DNA of 64,000 nucleotides. Source: Eledone cirrhosa. Lineage: Eukaryota. The DNA is taken from positions 351,478,001 to 351,542,000 of the forward strand of contig OZ024742.1 of assembly GCA_964016885.1 (NCBI GenBank). Direction: 5' to 3'. The notes beneath the pieces were generated by a model. The model was given only the letters and a program-made list of their open reading frames with translations, was not told the DNA's origin and did no database searches. The position numbers and the translations under genes were made by a program. Positions within the stretch are counted from its first letter, which is position 1. Each line of letters begins with the position of its first letter. Positions 57,206-64,000 of the stretch are shown in pieces.

Positions 57206-59612
57206 GTCTCGGTGGTGGAAGACAGTCTTTAAGTTGTCGAAAATTCAATATTTATTCATATTAGTAAAATATTTGCTGTTGGCAGGAGCTACTTTATTTT
57301 TTTTTCTGTTACTAAAATATTTAATATATTTCATATCCCAGCAGCGATAATATTAACTGAGTTTGTTTTATGGAAATTTTTACTCCAGACATTATAGTGT
57401 TTTTTTATGTAATTTAGAAATCTAATACATGAGTAAAATTTCGTTTTGATTATTTAATTGATTGAATTTATATATTTCATTATGAGATTTCTTGCTTAGT
57501 TTTGTGACTATTTTTTATAGATATTTTCGAGAATGTTTACTATTAACTTCTTATAGTTTTGGTTGAGCAGGCACTTTTAAGAAAACTTATTTTATTTAAT
57601 CATACCTATTTAGCTGGTATCGTCTATAAGGCTTCTAACCTAATATACAAATTATATTTAAATGTAATGATTTTGTATTATATATTTTTGGAAGCCAGTG
57701 TTTGATAATTAACTTAAAGGGGGTACCACAATATTTACATCTATTTTCAATAGGAAGGGTGTCATTATATGCTTATAAGAATCTGAATAGATGAATCTCA
57801 TTGAGTTTAGTAATATAAGTTCTCCTTCCAGCAGCAACTTACACAAGGTTAAGCAATTAATTGTAACGTAGATTAGGTGAGGGAAATAGAGATGTATATA
57901 AAGAGATTTTCAGGGGAATGATATGTACAAATAATCTCTTAACTAAATTGTATATATGTTTATTCAATAATAAGCTGTTCTGACCAAGGCTAAATTATAT
58001 TCCTTTTCCCTTTTGCACATGATCTCTATATTAATGGCGTGGCTAGTTTACCATTACAGGCATAATTAATTTACTTTGTTATTTATGTGGAAATACTTTC
58101 GTTAGGTTTCAGTATAGATTTTACGTAATACTAGAATGTATGTTGTTTATGCGTTTCATTAGTTCTCCTTTCACATCATATGACAGCACTACCTGCATTT
58201 GTACAGGGCCTGCTGTTTTATATTTCCATTCTTGTCCCATGTCGTGCCTGCAAATGTTTATGCAGTGCATTTTACACATCATTCTCAGCGGTTTCGGAGA
58301 GTTTCGAACGACCACATGATGAGATTATATTTCAGTCCCAGCTAAGGAAAACGCTCTGTTCGGTCTTGATATACGTGTCTTAAGTCCAACCGATTCTAGT
58401 GATGATCATCCTTAGTTTTTTTTCATGTTTTTTATCCTATGTTTTTAATGTAAACATGAATACCAATCAGTTATCTTTTATTTATATTTCAATATAAATG
58501 ATATTTATAGAAACACGAGAAAAATGTACTTTTGTTATTGTATACTAAATTGATATTGACAACGGGTGATTAGAAAAACACGCTATGACTATAGCCCAAT
58601 TGGTTGTAATTCTGTTTACTCTAAATATATGTGAAAAAAAAAATCAATTTATGAATCAATTGCTGAAAATATTTAGTTTTAATTGATTTGAAATCATTTT
58701 AATTTTCCTCAGTTTAATTTCTACCCCAGCCGTACCATGTTATCTCCTTAGATGGTCGATTTATTCTTTTGTGTTTTACTGTCAACTATTTGCATCCAAA
58801 CTTTATTCGTATTTCCAATATATAATACATTTGTTTTCTTCTTTTTCCTTCAATTTTATCCTTGCATACTGTCTCTTCTTCTAACTCATGTTTATGTATG
58901 TAATGTTCTGTAAATACACACAATTTCGTATGTTTGTTTATATGACTGAAACTCTATACGCCCAGCCTATTTGATGCAGCGATCATTCACAAAAAAAAAC
59001 ATATATATATATATATATATATATGTATACAATAGAATTATAATTGTTTCCTGTATACATAAGCCGCTTACGTTTCGGAAAGAAATCAATCTCGGAGAAG
59101 TAATATACAGAGACTAAATTTAAATAATATTATGTTTTTTGTTTCTATATATTTAGAATATTTGGCATAATTCAATGGGAACATATGATATGAATGTTCA
59201 CAACAAAAAAATAAAAACGCGCATTAATGTCTTTTGCATAACTTTTTAATACTATGTATGATTATGAGAAAACATAGAAATGTAGAAAGACGCATTATGT
59301 CTGAATATAAGACTCAATGTCGCCTATATATTCTATACTTATATTGGTGACAATTTTATCTTAGATATGGTAACATCTACTAAGCAATCGACATTAAGAC
59401 AGAACGGGGAAAGAAAAGTGACTTTGTATTAAGACGCACGCAGTTAGAGATGGATAGATGAATCTCTGTTATTAAGAAATAGAGCACCAGTCATATTAGA
59501 AATTAAATCGCATACATCCTACGATTTTCACTATATCATTGCGATTTTAGTAACTATTTTTGAAGGTGCTTGACGAGTTAAACACAAGCCTAAACCATTC
59601 TTCCTTTCAAAT

Positions 59613-59797
59613 AATTGTTTCTACTTTTGGTACAAGGCCAGCAATTATCCCAGTGTATTACTGGTACTTCATTTTATCGACTACATAAGGATGAAATCAA
59701 AAGTTAACCTTGGCGGGATTTGAACTCAGATATAAAGGGCCGTGACTCTATGCTGCAAAGCATGGAGTCCGACCCTCTACCGATACTGCCAATCCAT
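59613..59797 (-). mobile_element. tRNA-derived SINE
   Basis: Homologous to 56341-56533. Confidence 0.82.
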
Positions 59798-60339
59798 ACG
59801 TTTAACGATAACATTTTGCCTCTAAACGTTTCTCAAAAGAGCCTTCTCCGTATATGGGATCACTGTTTGCACCAGAAAATATTTCATAGCTATCCTATAG
59901 CCGGAATTCTCAAGTAATACTGGGATTCTGCAGAAATATATGAGACAGTAAATCAATAAATAATCCAACCCCGAACGTAGTTTTTAACATACAACTTCTG
60001 ACAATTTCTGATGTATCTCGGTCTCTTTCGCCTCGCTTTAATGGTCACAAATTACTTGATATAATAATCGTTTTTATATCACTTTCATTCCATCCCCTGA
60101 ACATATCCCAATATCTTCTTTTGATGGCTCCATTATCTACCTCCTTCAATAAATCACATCGTAAACCTCATTCATCTCCTGAAAATTGAATCAGTTGAAT
60201 TCGTCACAGAAATATTAACTGGTTAAAATGATTAATCGTCAGATTTCACGACTTAAACTTCGGATATCAGAGAGAAGAGTTTTAACAAGATAAACATCGA
60301 TGGGCTTCATTGTGTCCAATACATACAAACAACTATTTA

Positions 60340-60523
60340 CGGTGGTTTCGTAGTATCGGTAGAGTGTCGGACGCCATGCATTCCAGCAAAGAGTTACGGC
60401 CCTTTATGTTTCACATCCCGCCGAGGTTAACTTTGCCTTTCATCCTTACGGGCTCGCTAAAATAAAGTACCAGTAATGCACTGGAATATTTGCTGGCCTT
60501 GTGCCAAAAGTAGAAACAATTAT
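60340..60523 (+). mobile_element. tRNA-derived SINE
   Basis: Homologous to 56341-56533. Confidence 0.82.
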
Positions 60524-61705
60524 TAATGAAATCCTCAGCACATATTTGACAAAATACAAGGATGAATATTTCATGGTTAGACACAATCTTCGATATGTGA
60601 TTTTATGAAATTTCAGGAAGCTTCTCTGAAAGTGAGATACACACGAAACGTCTCAGCAATGAAAGGGGTAATTACGAAAATATTATCTCCGCGATTCCAT
60701 TAAAATTATTCTTATTTTTGATTTTATCTTCTGATTTTGAGTTATTCCTTTTAAATTTGGTGTAGATTTACAGAGAGATCACTTGTGTATATATAACGCG
60801 GGCAGATATGAATGTGTGTATGTATCTATGGTGTTGGCAAGGCTTTATATTGATAGAGAGAGGCAACATTCATTTTAGTATTTTTGCAAAGTTGTATAAC
60901 ATTTCCTGTAACTAAAACACATTTCAATTGCAGCATAAATATTTACAGAATATTATCAACTCACATTAAAGATATTTAATGTTATTTTAGATATAACTAC
61001 AATGAAGTATTTTAGCAAAGGAAAATGCCGAAGTTGTGTATCGGATGGAAACATTGCAGAAGGAAACTGATATGATAATGCCGTAGTTAATAAGGATTTA
61101 TTTGTTATTGATCGTGTTAGCCTTCGACGAATATCTTAACAATTTAAAGTTATTTGACGAAAATGTAATCTCCGAGCTCTTTTATCAACTGTATGTATCT
61201 ATATCAAAAACATGAAATGTTTTTTCTTTAAGTAATATAAAACTACTTAGCAACTGAACACAACTGATGCAAGAAATGAGCTCTGATGGTTGGGGAGATT
61301 TCGTGTCTAACATTTAGCGTCAGTTATCCAGTCACAGGGAGATGCCAGCGGGAACTACTTATTTACAGGAATGTATTTTAATATTTTCAATTGAATATAT
61401 AACAAAAGAAAAAAAATCTAACGTATTATACTACGAAATTTATAATTATAAATATATTTATAATATATAATTTCTTCTGTAGAAAATACGAGTAGCAAAG
61501 CGAATATGACGTTGAACACTGAAGTGAAAGGTTAAATATAGAAAACCTAACAGGTAGCAACTTTCAACTTTATAGAAGTGTGTATATAGTATGAAGAGAA
61601 ACACATATAATAATGCACCGACACACACGCACAAACACTCATACGCGCACAAACCCAGACAAATACATGCACACACAGACAAACATCGAAACACACGCAC
61701 ACACG

Positions 61706-61773
<68 letters not shown>

Positions 61774-61840
61774 GGGTCAAATTGGGGTAACCAAATTAAG
61801 TAAGGTATTAAATACATAGCATTTATATATATATATACCA

Positions 61841-62213
<373 letters not shown>

Positions 62214-63244
62214 GAGTATCTTACTTACTGTGGTTACCTCCGATTCAACCCGGAATAATAATTTAGCTTACTTATATATATATATATACAAATTCAAAGG
62301 AGTATATATATATAATTATACATATTCACATATACATATATTAGTCTGGCTACCTTTCACGGTGTGGCTCAATATAGAATTAATTAAGCAAATAATCATT
62401 AATCAGAGCTGTATATAAAATTGCAAGTTTGAAGAACTATTAGATAAAATATATACAGTATCTCCTCTCCCTAGTCCGTATAAATCAGCCACATAAAAAT
62501 AATTTAAACGAGGCTATAACTTTAAAATATAACCATGAAGAAATAATAGACAAACGATACAGGCTATCTTCCGCGATATCAAGCCATATTAATTTTATCT
62601 TGTTATTTATTTTAGCCTGTAGAAATTAACTACACGGAGGTAGGTACAAAATAGAAGTTTGAAGAAAAAATGCACATACACTTTACTAACATTCCTCTAG
62701 TCCCGACTACCGGTAGTTTTGTTTCTTTTCTGTGGATATACCCTATCTATGGAGTTTATTTAAAACTCCATAGCAACTGCTTTTCCTACCCACTCATATT
62801 TGTCTACTTAATATGCTTTTATACCTGTATTGTATTATGTGATACATTTGCCATACTGTGATATATATGCTTAGTACCATTACTTGTTTCTTACCTGGTT
62901 ATTATGTACATGTCTAATACCTCTGCATTCTATCTATACCTTTGCATATGTACCGCTAATGTCCTCGTTTTGCGGGTAACTTTCTTCTTTAATCCTCTAT
63001 AAATATTGTATTATTCATTTATAATATTTGTCGCACCCACTGATACTGACCATATCATCATCACTCTTTAAATATGACACTGTTAATGACATTACTAACA
63101 TCTTCGTATATTTACGATTGTTCTGTGGAATAGGAGGTTAATTATACGTCTAAACTTTGCTAGTGCTCCAATGAATCCAAACGAAAGTTTAGAAGAAACG
63201 ATTGTCAGCAATAAAATGTTTTGAACATAGTTTTGATTATCCTG

Positions 63245-63306
<62 letters not shown>

Positions 63307-63905
63307 ATAAATGCGGAGGGTCATATTCTTGTAATAATACTCCCAGAAATAATAACAGAACACACTCACAGTTTGGTTGGTTTTCGCTTCTGAATCTCCA
63401 TAGTTAATTCATTTGGCCATCAATGTTTATCATTGACTGACCAACGGTCAGAAATACAGATATAAGTACATAGATATAGTTTAACCAATGTCTTTCGTTG
63501 AACATCTGCAGCATCATCAGTGGTACTATTATCGTTTCCCAGCTGTATTGTATGTATTGTAGTGTCTACGCCATTTTTATTTTATCTATATTTAGTTATT
63601 TTTGTCCTCGCGTCTGCGCAGTCGTTTGCATGTGGGTATAGTGTTTGGTGTGCGTGTTCGCGTTTCTGTGTCTGTGTTTTGGTTATTGTTTTCTATCTTA
63701 GATTATTAGTGTGTGTTTATATATGGTTGATGTTATTGTGCTTGAGTTTTATAATATATATAAAATATATAAAATATAACTGGTATCGATGTATGAGTGT
63801 AAACCACCTCATGACGTGTTGAATATTACAATTAAAAACAATTAATAATTATGAACTTAAAAGTGTTGAAATGGTCTATTCGTCTTACTTGTTTCAACAC
63901 ATATC

Positions 63906-63945
<40 letters not shown>

Positions 63946-63949
<4 letters not shown>

Positions 63950-64000
63950 GGAAACGAATGAAATGAAATTTCATTTCTCACTCTTAGTACGGCTGATACT
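63946..64000 (-). mobile_element. Terminus of another copy of the 43-kb hammerhead element (runs off the window)
   Basis: GAAATTTCATTTCTCACTCTTAGTACGGCTG matches 44690-44730 (reverse complement). Confidence 0.7.

Noticed and set aside
60000-60330. Possible RTE-like LINE 3' relic on the minus strand
   Set aside because: Only a weak basic RRKRPR-like stretch; insufficient support.

Overview
An AT-rich, microsatellite-dense animal region, almost certainly intergenic or intronic. The recurring tRNA-derived SINE resembles octopus SINEs, so a cephalopod source is inferred. No intact host gene is visible, and most ORF-track entries are artefacts of (TA)n, (CA)n and (GA)n repeats. The identifiable content is decayed mobile DNA: Penelope-like retroelements (Neptune-type, plus a near-complete Naiad-type copy with two pLTRs), two Helitrons with intact ends, a CRE-like LINE, a Tx1-like L1 and several R4/Dong LINEs stacked in (TAA)n repeats, a mariner, a MITE, a Chapaev3-like relic and about eight SINE copies. 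The most striking signal is non-coding. More than ten type I hammerhead ribozyme (HHR) motifs, intact or decayed, can be folded by eye, several with variant cores (U3-A8 in place of C3-G8, U4A, very long stem II loops). Most lie in Penelope pLTR-like units that occur as long fold-back palindromes or short tandem arrays inserted in (TA)n tracts. One is a retrozyme-like tandem and inverted array of ~465-bp units at 43.2-44.7 kb. All calls come from manual reading, so boundaries are approximate and no ribozyme activity has been tested.
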